64,000 bases of DNA from an uncultured Acidobacteriota bacterium (lineage in GTDB: Bacteria; Acidobacteriota; UBA6911): assembly GCA_963761825.1 (NCBI GenBank), contig CAVXIH010000002.1, positions 526,291 through 590,290 of the forward strand, read 5' to 3'. How positions within the stretch are numbered: the first letter of the stretch is position 1; every line of letters begins with the position of its first letter. The translations under genes and the position numbers were made by a program. This document shows positions 40,995-50,769 of this stretch, piece after piece. Under the pieces are notes generated by a model. It had not been told where the DNA came from. It worked only from the letters and a program-made list of their open reading frames with translations, and made no database searches.

Positions 40995-41377
40995 CATGTG
41001 GGTCGGGGCTTCAGCCCAGGGCTGTCCAAATTAGCTTGTGGTGATGAATCCATACAAGGATTTTAATGAACATATGACATCCAAATGCCTGATGCCAGGA
41101 TCAGGTTGCGCATTTATGCCGCAAGCATAAAATCAAAGAACCAGGTCCGAAGGACCGGCAGTGAATAGGCCCGACCGTAAGGTCGGGATAGGTAATAGCA
41201 TAGGAATGAGCGCCGAAGGTGCGGCACTAGTGATGTTTCAGGTGCCGCGCCTTCGGCGCTCATTTTATCAACAATCCTAATCCCGGCCTTACGGCGGGCC
41301 TATTCAATGCCGGCCCTTCGGGCCTCAAAATGAAAAGGTTAATTTGCACAAGCTTGGGCTTCAACCCCGACCCACAG
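40995..41377. mobile_element. Composite nested repeat: GTGG-REP halves, inner TIR element, inner long palindrome
   Basis: CATGTGGGTCGGGGCTTCAGCCC | GGCTGTCCAAATTA..TAATTTGCACAAGC | GGGCTTCAACCCCGACCCACA; palindrome at 41145-41327. Confidence 0.7.
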
Positions 41378-41454
41378 GGTGGAGAGTCACAATTATGCTG
41401 CGAACCCCAGCGCCTTTGAGTTAAGTTAATTCGAAGACCCATGATTATATTTCA

Positions 41455-41538
41455 ATGACAGGCGCCATAACCTCGAAATTGCCATGCTTCAATTTCGCCC
41501 TTACATAATTTCGAGGTTATGGCGCCTGTCACCAAAAT
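41455..41538. repeat. Inverted pair of repeat family E (AATTTCGAGGTTATGGYGMCTGTCACC)
   Basis: TGACAGGCGCCATAACCTCGAAATT / AATTTCGAGGTTATGGCGCCTGTCA; related copies near 42292-42327, 43692-43762 and 56778-56811. Confidence 0.75.
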
Positions 41539-41552
41539 AGCGGGAGAGAAAC

Positions 41553-42291
41553 ATGGATTTGAAGCTGAACGGAAAGGTTGCTCTTGTTACCGGAGCGGGC
41601 AGCCAGACCGGATATGGAAGGAAGATCGCCGTGGTTCTGGCCCGAGAGGGTTGCCTCGTGGTCGCAGCAGACATCAATCTGGATGGGGCGAAACAAACCG
41701 CAGCAGAGATTCAGGCATTGGGATGCCAGGCGACTGGCCATTGCCGTGGACGTCACCAAGAGGCCCGAGGTGGACCGAATGATCAACGCTGTCCTTGAGA
41801 AATTCGGCAGAATCGACATCCTGATCAATAATGCCGGAACAAGCAGTAGGCTGAAGCCGTTCGTGGAAATGACCCCGTCCGATTGGGAAGTGGATCTAGG
41901 GGTCAATCTCGTCGGGCAGATGCATGTTGCCCAGGCGGTTCTTCCCGGCATGCTGTCACAGAAATACGGCAGGATCATCAATACTTCCGGAGGACAAGGC
42001 ATCCCCAACATCTCTATTTATGGCGCAGCGAAGGCTGGAGTGGAAGCATTTACGCATGCCCTCGCCATGGAAGTTGGACCTTCGGGCGTCGTCGTCAACG
42101 GAGTGGGACCAGGATTAGGCAAAACCGGCCTCACCGCATACGCTCCGAAGGAGTTTCTCGATGCGCATGCAAGAAATACTGCCTTTGGAAGATTATGCAC
42201 GCCGGAAGACGTCGCCCCCGTAGTGGCATTCCTGGCTTCTGATGTTTGCAGTTATATGGCCGGCCAGTTCATCACACTCAGCGCTTCCTGA
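41553..42291 (+). CDS. SDR family NAD(P)-dependent oxidoreductase (frameshift near 41730)
   Basis: [27 protein letters not shown] and VAFLASD. Confidence 0.93.
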
Positions 42292-42324
42292 ATAATTTTG
42301 AGATTATGGTGACTGGCACCGAAA

Positions 42325-43017
42325 TTATTGGATTAGGTCCTCGGTTGCGAAACGATCCTGGCGAATATTTCCGAATTTCTCAAAGCTATCGATCCAGCCC
42401 TGGACTCGATCCTGTCCATAGGTTTTTTTAAAAGAGGCAACGATTTCTTCCACGGGAATATCCGCATAGCTTCCATAGAATTCGACATATTCCATAAACT
42501 TGCGTTGCCCAGCGCCCGAGGATTGAAATATCGAATCCTCCCGGCCGTTGAACTCAAGCGGAGGAACTCCGAATCTTTCGCAGAGTTCGCGATTAAACGC
42601 GGGAGTAGCCTTAATCCACTTCCCTTCCAGAAAGAACTCGGTAAAGCCATGGAAGACAAAAAGATCCGAGCCCATAAACTCCAGCAATTGCCGCGTCGCA
42701 AGATGATTCCGAACCGTGGCGAATCCAGCGCGCGATGGAATGCCACACGCACGCCCGGCGGCGCACAGAAGTGATACCTTGGGGACGCAGAAACCGCGGC
42801 GGCCATTCAACACAACACTTGCACGATAATGCACGGGAAGATAGAAGGGATAATAGGGATCATACCGGATGCCGTCGCGCACGGCGTAATAAAGCAGCAC
42901 GGCCCTATCTACGGCGTCTTGCGCATCACCGATATTGTCCACAACAAATGCACGGACATCCGGATGATCACTGTCGATGATGTCCGTAGCCTTAAGATAT
43001 TGCGCCAAATCTTCCAT
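42325..43017 (-). CDS. Transglutaminase-like family protein
   Basis: YYAVRDGIRYDPY, GFCVPK, RACGIPSR, FHGFTE and WIKATPAFN. Confidence 0.9.
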   Translation of the reverse strand: MEDLAQYLKATDIIDSDHPDVRAFVVDNIGDAQDAVDRAVLLYYAVRDGIRYDPYYPFYLPVHYRASVVLNGRRGFCVPKVSLLCAAGRACGIPSRAGFATVRNHLATRQLLEFMGSDLFVFHGFTEFFLEGKWIKATPAFNRELCERFGVPPLEFNGREDSIFQSSGAGQRKFMEYVEFYGSYADIPVEEIVASFKKTYGQDRVQGWIDSFEKFGNIRQDRFATEDLIQ

Positions 43018-43052
43018 CGCCTCCCCTCCGACCTTCCCCGATCATTTCGCTA

Positions 43053-43083
43053 TTGACCTGTCTAAAGCTTCATACTTTAGCAT
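43053..43083 (+). promoter_or_regulatory. MerR-type promoter/operator
   Basis: TTGACC-19 nt-TAGCAT with dyad CTAAAG-N7-CTTTAG, upstream of the MerR gene. Confidence 0.75.
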
Positions 43084-43144
43084 TTGCTTTGGCTGCTGAA
43101 TTCGGAATAATGCGGTTTCGAAAAAACCGGGAGCATGAAACTTC

Positions 43145-43672
43145 ATGGAAACCATCTCTGCCTTATCAGCAAAATCCGGACTATCCCGCAGCGCGCTTCT
43201 CTATTATGACCGGTTGGGTCTGCTAAAGCCGCTCAAGAGGAGTCGTAGCGGGTACCGGCTCTATTCATTCGCCGAAGTTGAACGTCTGGAGCAGATCTGC
43301 CTTTTCCGGCAGATGGGTATCCCGCTCAAAGAGATGAGAAAACTGCTCGATACTCCGGGCGGAAATGCCTCCGTGGAAATCCTTCAAAGAAGACTCCGTG
43401 TTCTGAACCGCGAAATCACGAATTTCCGCAGACAGCAGCGCTGCATTCTGGAACTTCTCAAACAAAAACAATTACAGCAAGGAGTGGAGATGATCAACAA
43501 AGAGCGTTGGGTTGAAATCATGCGGGCCGCCGGCTTGACGGAACAGGATATGCAAAACTGGCACATTCAGTTTGAAAAAATGGAACCCGAATCCCACCAG
43601 GAATTTCTGGAATCGCTGGGAATCGGTGCCGCAGAAATCAAAGAAATACGCGAATGGAGCCGCCGACCCTAG
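43145..43672 (+). CDS. MerR family transcriptional regulator
   Basis: TISALSAKSGLSRSALLYYDRLGLL, SGYRLY and RQMGIPLKEM. Confidence 0.95.
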   Translation: METISALSAKSGLSRSALLYYDRLGLLKPLKRSRSGYRLYSFAEVERLEQICLFRQMGIPLKEMRKLLDTPGGNASVEILQRRLRVLNREITNFRRQQRCILELLKQKQLQQGVEMINKERWVEIMRAAGLTEQDMQNWHIQFEKMEPESHQEFLESLGIGAAEIKEIREWSRRP

Positions 43673-43773
43673 GAGCCTGTCCAAGGCTCTAATCTCGGTG
43701 TCAGTCACCGTAATTCCACCTGGTGGTAATTTCGAGGTTATGGTGACTGTCACCGAAATTCCGCCTGGCGGAA

Positions 43774-44484
43774 TTACTTTGTTGGCGGAGGCATTTTGCT
43801 TTTCGGCATAGGCTTCCCTTTCTGAGAAGAACCGTCCGAATCAATAAAGATATACTTATTCCTCATATCGGCCGGCACCATATCCCTGAAAGAGGTCTCC
43901 ACGTCCTTGGGCGCATACTGGGCTTCGATGAATATGAATGGCCTCGTCACCTTGGTCACCCGGAACGGGCAGTGGATAAATCCTCCCGGGATAAACACCA
44001 ATGACGGCTTGTTGACGACATGCTTTTCCATCTCCGGACCCATAAATATTTCGTATTCCGCGCCCAGTTCATGCGGGTGATCCGGATCGGTGCCCAGCGC
44101 CACCAGAACCTCCGGATCCCGATGCTTGTGCGGACCGTGTCCGGCGACTTTCGTGGCAGCTTCCCCCATCAGCATTGCGGAGAAGAAATGACACCCTTCG
44201 ATGATGTCTCCGTCACAGAAGACCATGAACATGTTTTTCATCGCGCCATATCCAATTTCCAATTCCTCGGGCCTGAGCTCCGTAGTGAAGTATTTCCTGT
44301 ACTTCAATTCCCCCGGAGCAGGAGCCTGTACCAGCGGCCCCGGAGCGGCGATCAATCCTTCATGCGCCGGAGCCAGTGCCGCGCGCAACGCGCCCGCTAC
44401 GGCCACCCCTGCGGCACCGGCGGCAACTTCCTTTACAAATCCTCTACGTGTCGTGCTCTTTTTGTCGATCCTGCTGAGATTCAT
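43774..44484 (-). CDS. Tat-exported cupin-fold protein, paralog
   Basis: AAGGAG RBS; TTRRGFVK leader; PHKHRDPE, MGPEMEKH and FIPGGFIHCP..RP. Confidence 0.85.
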   Translation of the reverse strand: MNLSRIDKKSTTRRGFVKEVAAGAAGVAVAGALRAALAPAHEGLIAAPGPLVQAPAPGELKYRKYFTTELRPEELEIGYGAMKNMFMVFCDGDIIEGCHFFSAMLMGEAATKVAGHGPHKHRDPEVLVALGTDPDHPHELGAEYEIFMGPEMEKHVVNKPSLVFIPGGFIHCPFRVTKVTRPFIFIEAQYAPKDVETSFRDMVPADMRNKYIFIDSDGSSQKGKPMPKSKMPPPTK

Positions 44485-44631
44485 AGCGGTTCTCCTTTTC
44501 TGTTGCGGCAAACCATCTAATCCATCGCGCCATCCATCCCGAATCCGTTTTCCACACGCTAAGCTGATCTATCGCGAGAAATTAGACATTGGCATCGGCC
44601 TAGCCCCGACCTTTAGATTTTCATGCTTCAT

Positions 44632-46317
44632 CTAGATTGCAGGCAGCGCTTGTCTGGCTTCCCGGTCCGGGTCGTTTTTCACCTCGCAGACGTCGTCAAA
44701 GATCATGGTCTCTCCCTCTTCCGAAGAATATCGCGCCCATTTCAGAAGATCTCCGCCGTTGGGATCGCCCTTTCTCATAAACTCCAGCAGATAGCCCGCC
44801 ATTTTTTCCGAAAGCTTGCGCGGCCGCGCGCCGCCACCGGTATGACTGAGCATCAGGTCCGTGTTGTAATACCAGAAGCATATATCGACACAGTGGAAAG
44901 CGCGCATCCGGTTGTCAAACAGCGGAGGCTGCCAGCAGAACCAGCTGACAAACACTGGCGCCGGCTGTCTGGACTTGGCATCGGCTAATGCCACAACGCT
45001 CTGCCGGTTGCTGCTCACCATCGACCAGATCTCAACCGGTTTCCTGCCTGGAAACGCTTTAGCATAGGCGTTCACCACGTCTTGCGCTTTGTCTCCATAT
45101 CCGGCGCCGAATCCGGCCCTCTCTTTGACTTTTTCGACGACCTGATTCAGCGTGATGGTCTCAAGCGTCGCATCGGTCCAGCTCGGCGACTGTTCATTCA
45201 GCGTCGAACAGATGATCATGGGCACATCCGCCGCTGTGGGCGCCGCCTCAGGAGCATACGGGTGCTGCGGAAGCACAACGCCGTCCACGAAGGGGCTGAA
45301 TCCGCGCCGCATCATGCCGCCTGAAGGCATTTCCGCACTCAACTTCTGCTGTGCTTTTGTAGCGATGGCGTAATAATCCTTCCACGACATTTCCTGCAAT
45401 TTGCCAATCTGCGCCGGCGTCAGGCCGGCTTCCTTCAATACATACAATCCCAGCTTCTCGGTATAGTCCTTCTCTGCCGCCCGTACGGAAGCGCCGCTTA
45501 AAACCACAGCTTTGTGAAACAGCCCCCGGGCAGAGGGCATCGCGGTTAGCAGGCACACTTTCGCGCCGCCGCCCGACTGTCCCATGATGGTCACATTCCC
45601 CGGATCGCCGCCGAAATCAGCGATATTGTCGCGAATCCATTCCAGCGCCGCCACGATATCAAGCATGCCGACATTGCCGGAAGCAGCGAATTTTTCTCCG
45701 CCCACTCCCGCGAGATTGGTGTAACCCAACGGTCCGAGCCGGTGATTCACCGAGCAGAACACCGCATTTCCGAAACGCGCGAAATTCTCGCCGTTGTACC
45801 CGTCATGCTCAATGCCGTTGCCGTTGGTAAACCCGCCGCCATGCAGCCAGAACATCACCGGCCGCTTCTGTCCGTCCTTGATGGCCGGCGTAAACACGTT
45901 GATTCGCAGGCAGTCCTCGCTCACGTCGTCATAATTCCAGTGATCCCGGAATGACGCGTATTTATTGGCATACCGGTTCTCCATATTTTGCGGAGCCGTG
46001 TTCCCCCACCAGATCGCCGGATACACATCCGTCCAGGGTTTGGGTTTCTGGGGAGGCATGAACCGATTCGCACCGGAGGTATCGGCCCCATAGGGAATGC
46101 CTAGGAAATAGTAAATGTCTCTCAGCATGTATCCTCGCACTTTGCCATATTGCGTATCCGCCACCGCAATATTGTCGCCAATATGCAGAACCTGCCCATC
46201 TTCCTCTTTGTTTTCAGATGATCCGCACGAAGCGGAGGAAAGGATGCCTGCGCCCACAGCCACGCCGGCAGCGCCAACGCCTATAGTCTCAAAAAATTCA
46301 CGTCTATTTGATTTCAT
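44632..46317 (-). CDS. Type-B carboxylesterase with Tat (lipo)protein signal
   Basis: SNRREFF leader and ASC; FLGIPY, EDCLRINV, WLHGGG, FGGDPGNVT, GQSGG and AFHCVD. Confidence 0.95.
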   Translation of the reverse strand: MKSNRREFFETIGVGAAGVAVGAGILSSASCGSSENKEEDGQVLHIGDNIAVADTQYGKVRGYMLRDIYYFLGIPYGADTSGANRFMPPQKPKPWTDVYPAIWWGNTAPQNMENRYANKYASFRDHWNYDDVSEDCLRINVFTPAIKDGQKRPVMFWLHGGGFTNGNGIEHDGYNGENFARFGNAVFCSVNHRLGPLGYTNLAGVGGEKFAASGNVGMLDIVAALEWIRDNIADFGGDPGNVTIMGQSGGGAKVCLLTAMPSARGLFHKAVVLSGASVRAAEKDYTEKLGLYVLKEAGLTPAQIGKLQEMSWKDYYAIATKAQQKLSAEMPSGGMMRRGFSPFVDGVVLPQHPYAPEAAPTAADVPMIICSTLNEQSPSWTDATLETITLNQVVEKVKERAGFGAGYGDKAQDVVNAYAKAFPGRKPVEIWSMVSSNRQSVVALADAKSRQPAPVFVSWFCWQPPLFDNRMRAFHCVDICFWYYNTDLMLSHTGGGARPRKLSEKMAGYLLEFMRKGDPNGGDLLKWARYSSEEGETMIFDDVCEVKNDPDREARQALPAI

Positions 46318-46335
46318 AGTAATGCTCCTCTTTAT

Positions 46336-46442
46336 GGTATGCGGTTCCCCGTATGCGGTTTCCCGGTTTTCGAATGCAGGTCTCAATGGGTAACTGGAAA
46401 CGGGAAACCTCAAAGCGGCAGCAAGCTGCCGTACTCCGAAAG
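46336..46442 (-). repeat. Partial second copy of the inner part of the 32372-32592 element
   Basis: Reverse complement reads TTCGGAGTACGGCAGCTTGCTGCCGCTTTGAGGTTTCCCGTTTCCAGTT..CCTGCATTC. Confidence 0.75.
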
Positions 46443-46449
46443 TCAGGTG

Positions 46450-49188
46450 CTATTTGGAAGGGACGGCGAACGAACCCCTCAGGCGGATATCGCGTGAAGA
46501 GCTGCCGACCATTATCGAGTATATGCCTGGATAGACTTTCCACGCATGGCTTTCCATATCCCAGGCTGCAAGGCTGTTCGTATCGAGTTTCATCGTCACG
46601 ATTTTGCTCTCGCCGGACTTCAGCAGGATCTTTTCGAAGCCCTTCAGCTGTTTCGGCGGTTCTTCGGCAGCTGCCGGACTTCCGAGATATAGCTGCACCA
46701 CCTCGGCACCATCGCGGCTTCCGGCATTTGTAACGCGCGCCTTGACCGTGACCTGCTCGTCCCCTACGCGCTCCAGCTGCAGATCGCCATAGCGGAACGT
46801 TGTATAGGAAAGGCCATAACCAAACGGGAAAAGCGGCACCTGATTTTTGGCATCGTAGTATCGATAGCCAACCAGAACACCTTCCGAATAATTGGCCGTC
46901 ATGCCGTCGCCGGGATAATCGAGATAAGATGCGCCTGCGCCCTGGTACTCATTCGCGGGAAAAGTCATCGCAAGTTTGCCGGAAGGATTGGCATCCCCGA
47001 ACAGCAGCCGCGCGATTGAGCTTCCGGCCTCCTGTCCCGGATAGAACGCCTCTATCACCGCTGCTACTTTATCCAGCCACGGCATTGATACGGGATTTGA
47101 ATTGTGCAGCACTACAACCGTACGCGGATTGGCTTGCGCGATTGCCGCAATGAGTTTGTCCTGGTCTCCCGGCAATGCCAGCGTAATTTTATCCTGGCCT
47201 TCGCCCAACTGTTCAGCAGCGAAAACAATCGCAACATCCGACTGTTTTGCCGCAGCCACGGCCTTGGCCAGCATCCCGGGATCCGGAGGCTGCCAGCCCA
47301 TGGTCAGTCCGGGCCCCAGAATCATCGAAGCATTGGAATATTTCAGCTCAATGGGAACCGCGCGTCCCTCTTTCAAGTAAATCATTCCCTGCACCGTCTG
47401 TTCGAAATCAGCCCGCATCATAGTCGCAACCGGCTTATGATCGACATAAAGCTGAGCGGTTCCGGATCCTGTCACTGAGAATATATAAGCCCCCGTGGAA
47501 GGAGGCATTAGGCTTCCAGTCCAACGGGCAGACCAGGCAATACGGCGCATCGCTCCGCCGCCTGCCGGAGGCGCGCCGGGTCCCGGAGTCGGCGCCGGCT
47601 TGGGAGCTCCGCCTGCGGCTGGCGCACTGTTTGGTGTATTTCCACCTGCGGTCGGCGCGGGCAAGCCCAGCGCAGCGTAGTATTCGGCCGGGGGATTTAT
47701 GATATTTTGCACACCCGGCTCCAGCCGCGAAACCACAGGGAGGCCGGTGGAGTTTGAGCTGCTGAAGTAGTCGGCCAGCAATCCCTGACCTGCGCCGGAG
47801 GACGGTTTCAATGCGCTTGCCGGAATGGCCGATAGCCGACCTATTCCCGCCGTTCCCTGCGCATAGGTAACCTTGATCGCATTGCCGGCACGCGCCGTGA
47901 TAGCAGCGAGCGGAACGCTGACTTTGGTAGCGTATACATGACCGCTGCCGGTCAAACCGATCGTGACGTTAGGGCCGGCATCGTCGCCGATTATGGCGAT
48001 AGACTTCACCGTTGCCGCATTGATGGGTAATACGCCCATTTTGTTTTTCAATAAAACCGCCCCATCCTCAGCGACCTTACGCGCCAATGCCTGGTGCTCC
48101 GGCGTGGAAACGTCCGCATCGGGTTTGCCCTTGGAAGGCGAATCGTAGATGCCGATTCTGAAATATGGCGTCAGGTTATAGTAGAGCATCCGGTCGAGAT
48201 CGCTGACCTTGAGTTTCTCTTCTTTTATGAAGGCGCCGACTTCCCTGCCGCCCACGCGCGTGACTCCCGCGAGAGCTGCCATGAGCGGATCGCGCTGCGC
48301 AAAAGCCGCGTCCGGTGCTATGAAACCGTCAAACCCCCATGCGCGCAAATAGCCGAGCAGCTCCGAGTGATTGCAGGCGAATGTGCCGTTCACCTGGTTA
48401 TAGGAACACATAATGCCGCCGGTGCCGGCACGCTGGACAGAAGCCTTAAATCCGGACAAATAAATCTCCTGCAGCGCTTTTTCAGTAATCCTGGCATCGA
48501 TGCCGGCGTTGTCCGGAATGATGCCGCACCGCGTATTTTCCTGGTTATTGCCCGCATAGTGCTTCAGGACGGTCAAAACCTTTTGCTCATTCAGAGCTTT
48601 TATCTCTGCAACGGCGATCTCGGCGGTCAGATACGGATCTTCGCTGAAAGTCTCGCCGTTGCGCCCCCAGCGCCACGTACGCATGATATTGATCGTCGGC
48701 CCCAGCACTGAGTTGGAGCCTTTGCCCACGAATTCCTCACCCATAGCCTTGCCGAATTGGCTCGCCAGGTCGCGATCCCACGTTGCGGCAAGCGTCACTG
48801 CGTTGGCAAACGCCGTCACATTCCGTCCACGGGCCTGCGGTGCCGTCCCCATCGTGGCGATTCCGTTGGGACCATCTGATCCTCCACCCGAAGTCAGTTC
48901 CAGACGCTTATTAGCGCTGCGCCCCGTGATGCCGCCGAGCTCGGCCAGCTTTTCTTCCAGTGTCATACTGGCTATTACTTCAAGGGCACGGCAGCCCGGA
49001 GACTGTTTTGGATTGAGCCACGGTTTTTCCTCCGGACCTGGATTGCAGGGCCCCGGATCGATGCCGGGTATCCGGGCAACGCGTGCCACCGATTGTGAAT
49101 GAGCCGGGCTATCGATCTGTTCTGCCACGAAAAAGAAAATTGCGATCAGTAATAGCATGAAGCATTTGCAGCTGCGGCCAACTTGCAT
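46450..49188 (-). CDS. GH3 beta-glucosidase with PA14 and Fn3-like domains
   Basis: GGAGGT RBS; MTLEEK, DGPNG, GRNGETFSEDP, KHYAGN, MCSYNQVNG, GFIAPDA, YPGQEAG and FPFGYGLSY. Confidence 0.93.
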   Translation of the reverse strand: MQVGRSCKCFMLLLIAIFFFVAEQIDSPAHSQSVARVARIPGIDPGPCNPGPEEKPWLNPKQSPGCRALEVIASMTLEEKLAELGGITGRSANKRLELTSGGGSDGPNGIATMGTAPQARGRNVTAFANAVTLAATWDRDLASQFGKAMGEEFVGKGSNSVLGPTINIMRTWRWGRNGETFSEDPYLTAEIAVAEIKALNEQKVLTVLKHYAGNNQENTRCGIIPDNAGIDARITEKALQEIYLSGFKASVQRAGTGGIMCSYNQVNGTFACNHSELLGYLRAWGFDGFIAPDAAFAQRDPLMAALAGVTRVGGREVGAFIKEEKLKVSDLDRMLYYNLTPYFRIGIYDSPSKGKPDADVSTPEHQALARKVAEDGAVLLKNKMGVLPINAATVKSIAIIGDDAGPNVTIGLTGSGHVYATKVSVPLAAITARAGNAIKVTYAQGTAGIGRLSAIPASALKPSSGAGQGLLADYFSSSNSTGLPVVSRLEPGVQNIINPPAEYYAALGLPAPTAGGNTPNSAPAAGGAPKPAPTPGPGAPPAGGGAMRRIAWSARWTGSLMPPSTGAYIFSVTGSGTAQLYVDHKPVATMMRADFEQTVQGMIYLKEGRAVPIELKYSNASMILGPGLTMGWQPPDPGMLAKAVAAAKQSDVAIVFAAEQLGEGQDKITLALPGDQDKLIAAIAQANPRTVVVLHNSNPVSMPWLDKVAAVIEAFYPGQEAGSSIARLLFGDANPSGKLAMTFPANEYQGAGASYLDYPGDGMTANYSEGVLVGYRYYDAKNQVPLFPFGYGLSYTTFRYGDLQLERVGDEQVTVKARVTNAGSRDGAEVVQLYLGSPAAAEEPPKQLKGFEKILLKSGESKIVTMKLDTNSLAAWDMESHAWKVYPGIYSIMVGSSSRDIRLRGSFAVPSK

Positions 49189-49259
49189 AGCACCTCCGGC
49201 GCCGGTTGAATTCGTTGATACTATGGAACGCACCTATTTTATACAGCTGACCTAAAAAC

Positions 49260-49352
49260 TCAGTCGTCCCTACGGGACTCGTGCAGGAAATGCGCAACCT
49301 CTCCCCGGCACTAAAGTGCCGGGCTATTTTCACTGCGTCCCTAACGGGACGC
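49260..49352. repeat. REP-like palindromes, family D
   Basis: GTCGTCCCTACGGGAC, CCCGGCACTAAAGTGCCGGG and GCGTCCCTAACGGGACGC; related sequences at 57005-57210 and 63545-63640. Confidence 0.75.
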
Positions 49353-49366
49353 TGGGCGAGTAAACT

Positions 49367-49418
49367 GTACCTGGTTATACTGTCCCCTGAAAAAAAGGGG
49401 GACAGTATAACCAGGTAC
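49367..49418. terminator. Perfect 21-bp-stem hairpin just downstream of the MFS gene
   Basis: GTACCTGGTTATACTGTCCCC-loop-GGGGACAGTATAACCAGGTAC. Confidence 0.6.
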
Positions 49419-49427
49419 CGTTTCTAT

Positions 49428-50726
49428 CTATGCTGCGCGTGCGGCGGCGGATTTCTCCTTCAGTGAAGGATGGATTGGCGCTTTGGCAAAGATGAGGCAT
49501 ATCAGACCGGCTGCGACAATGACGATCGCTACTCGAAATGCGGGCAGGTAGCTTCCGGTCGTTTCGCGAATGTAGCCGGCCAGCGGCGCTCCCGCTCCGC
49601 CGACAAAAGCCCAAAAAAGCCTGGCAGTGCCCATAATCTTGGGATAATTCGAAATCCCAAAGTAATTGGGGAAAATATTCATCGTGGCCGCCATCGCAGC
49701 TCCAAATCCTAATCCCAGAACAACCATATACACAAAAACAAAAGCCATCGAGTTCGTAAATATGAGTATCCCCAATCCCATAATTTTGAAAACTTCGCCG
49801 CCGATAGCGATGGCATGCATGCTGAATCGCTTGCCGATGATGCCGACGCTGAACTGGCTGAGTGTCATCGTGGCCGACATAACGCTGAGCGCAAAACCCG
49901 CCAGCGTGGCTAGTATCCCTATATCCAGCAGGTAGGCTACTTGATGCGTCATCAGGGCTCCCATCGCCAGCATGTTCAGAGAGAAGTAGGCGATCAGCAA
50001 CCACAAGCTCCGCGTTCGCATCGCCTCAGCCGCAGTGAAATCCACGGGAGTTTTGTACGCTGCTTTGTGCGGCAAGGGCTGGCATTTGGCCTCCGACGCA
50101 GGCTTATCGGGGCCGTCCGGCACCTGCCCGAGATCCTGAGGTTTATTCCTGATAAATATAACCGGTAGAATTACGGCAAATAGCAACACCATCATCGATA
50201 TTGCGAGCATCGTTACGCGCCACCCGGCGCTTTCGATCATTTTCATGATCGCCGGGCCCATGATCATTCCTGCCGCGCCGCCTGAACCCAGAAAAATGCT
50301 TAATGCCATTCCCCTCTTCTTCACGAACCAGTTGTTAATCACCGTGGTCGAAGCCAGCATCCCGCCAAAGCCGACCGCTAACCCGACGAGCAGGCCGTAA
50401 CCCAAAAAGAGCTCCCAGAGCTGCGTATGAAAAAAGATCAAAACGAATCCTGCAAATCCCAGGATGTTCCCGAAAAAAATGGAGCGTCTGGCTCCGTGCT
50501 TTACGATAAAAAATCCTGCAATGGGGCCGCAAAGTCCCATCGCAACCATGTTGATGGTTGCCGCCAGAGATACGGTCCCCCGATTCCAACCGAAATCCCT
50601 AACAAGATAGGGCAGCAAATAGCTGAATGAGACCAGATAAAAACCGCCGATAACTCCCATGATCGAAGCTACAGTAACGTTCACCCATCCATAGAAACCA
50701 TTTTCGCTGGTTCGGCTGGCCAACAT
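49428..50726 (-). CDS. MFS transporter (OFA/MCT-like)
   Basis: FYGWVNV, FGWNRG, NNWFVKKRGMALSI, GWR, PQDLGQVPDG and EAMRTRSLW. Confidence 0.92.
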   Translation of the reverse strand: MLASRTSENGFYGWVNVTVASIMGVIGGFYLVSFSYLLPYLVRDFGWNRGTVSLAATINMVAMGLCGPIAGFFIVKHGARRSIFFGNILGFAGFVLIFFHTQLWELFLGYGLLVGLAVGFGGMLASTTVINNWFVKKRGMALSIFLGSGGAAGMIMGPAIMKMIESAGWRVTMLAISMMVLLFAVILPVIFIRNKPQDLGQVPDGPDKPASEAKCQPLPHKAAYKTPVDFTAAEAMRTRSLWLLIAYFSLNMLAMGALMTHQVAYLLDIGILATLAGFALSVMSATMTLSQFSVGIIGKRFSMHAIAIGGEVFKIMGLGILIFTNSMAFVFVYMVVLGLGFGAAMAATMNIFPNYFGISNYPKIMGTARLFWAFVGGAGAPLAGYIRETTGSYLPAFRVAIVIVAAGLICLIFAKAPIHPSLKEKSAAARAA

Positions 50727-50769
50727 AGATTCACATCTCCTATTCGAAAACGCGGAATCGCGCCGTGGA

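Noticed and set aside
1-42291. Many frameshifts read as programmed frameshifting or mass pseudogenisation
   Set aside because: They hit essential genes (nuoN, greA, atpB) as isolated single-base indels with no slippery-site pattern, which is typical of long-read error
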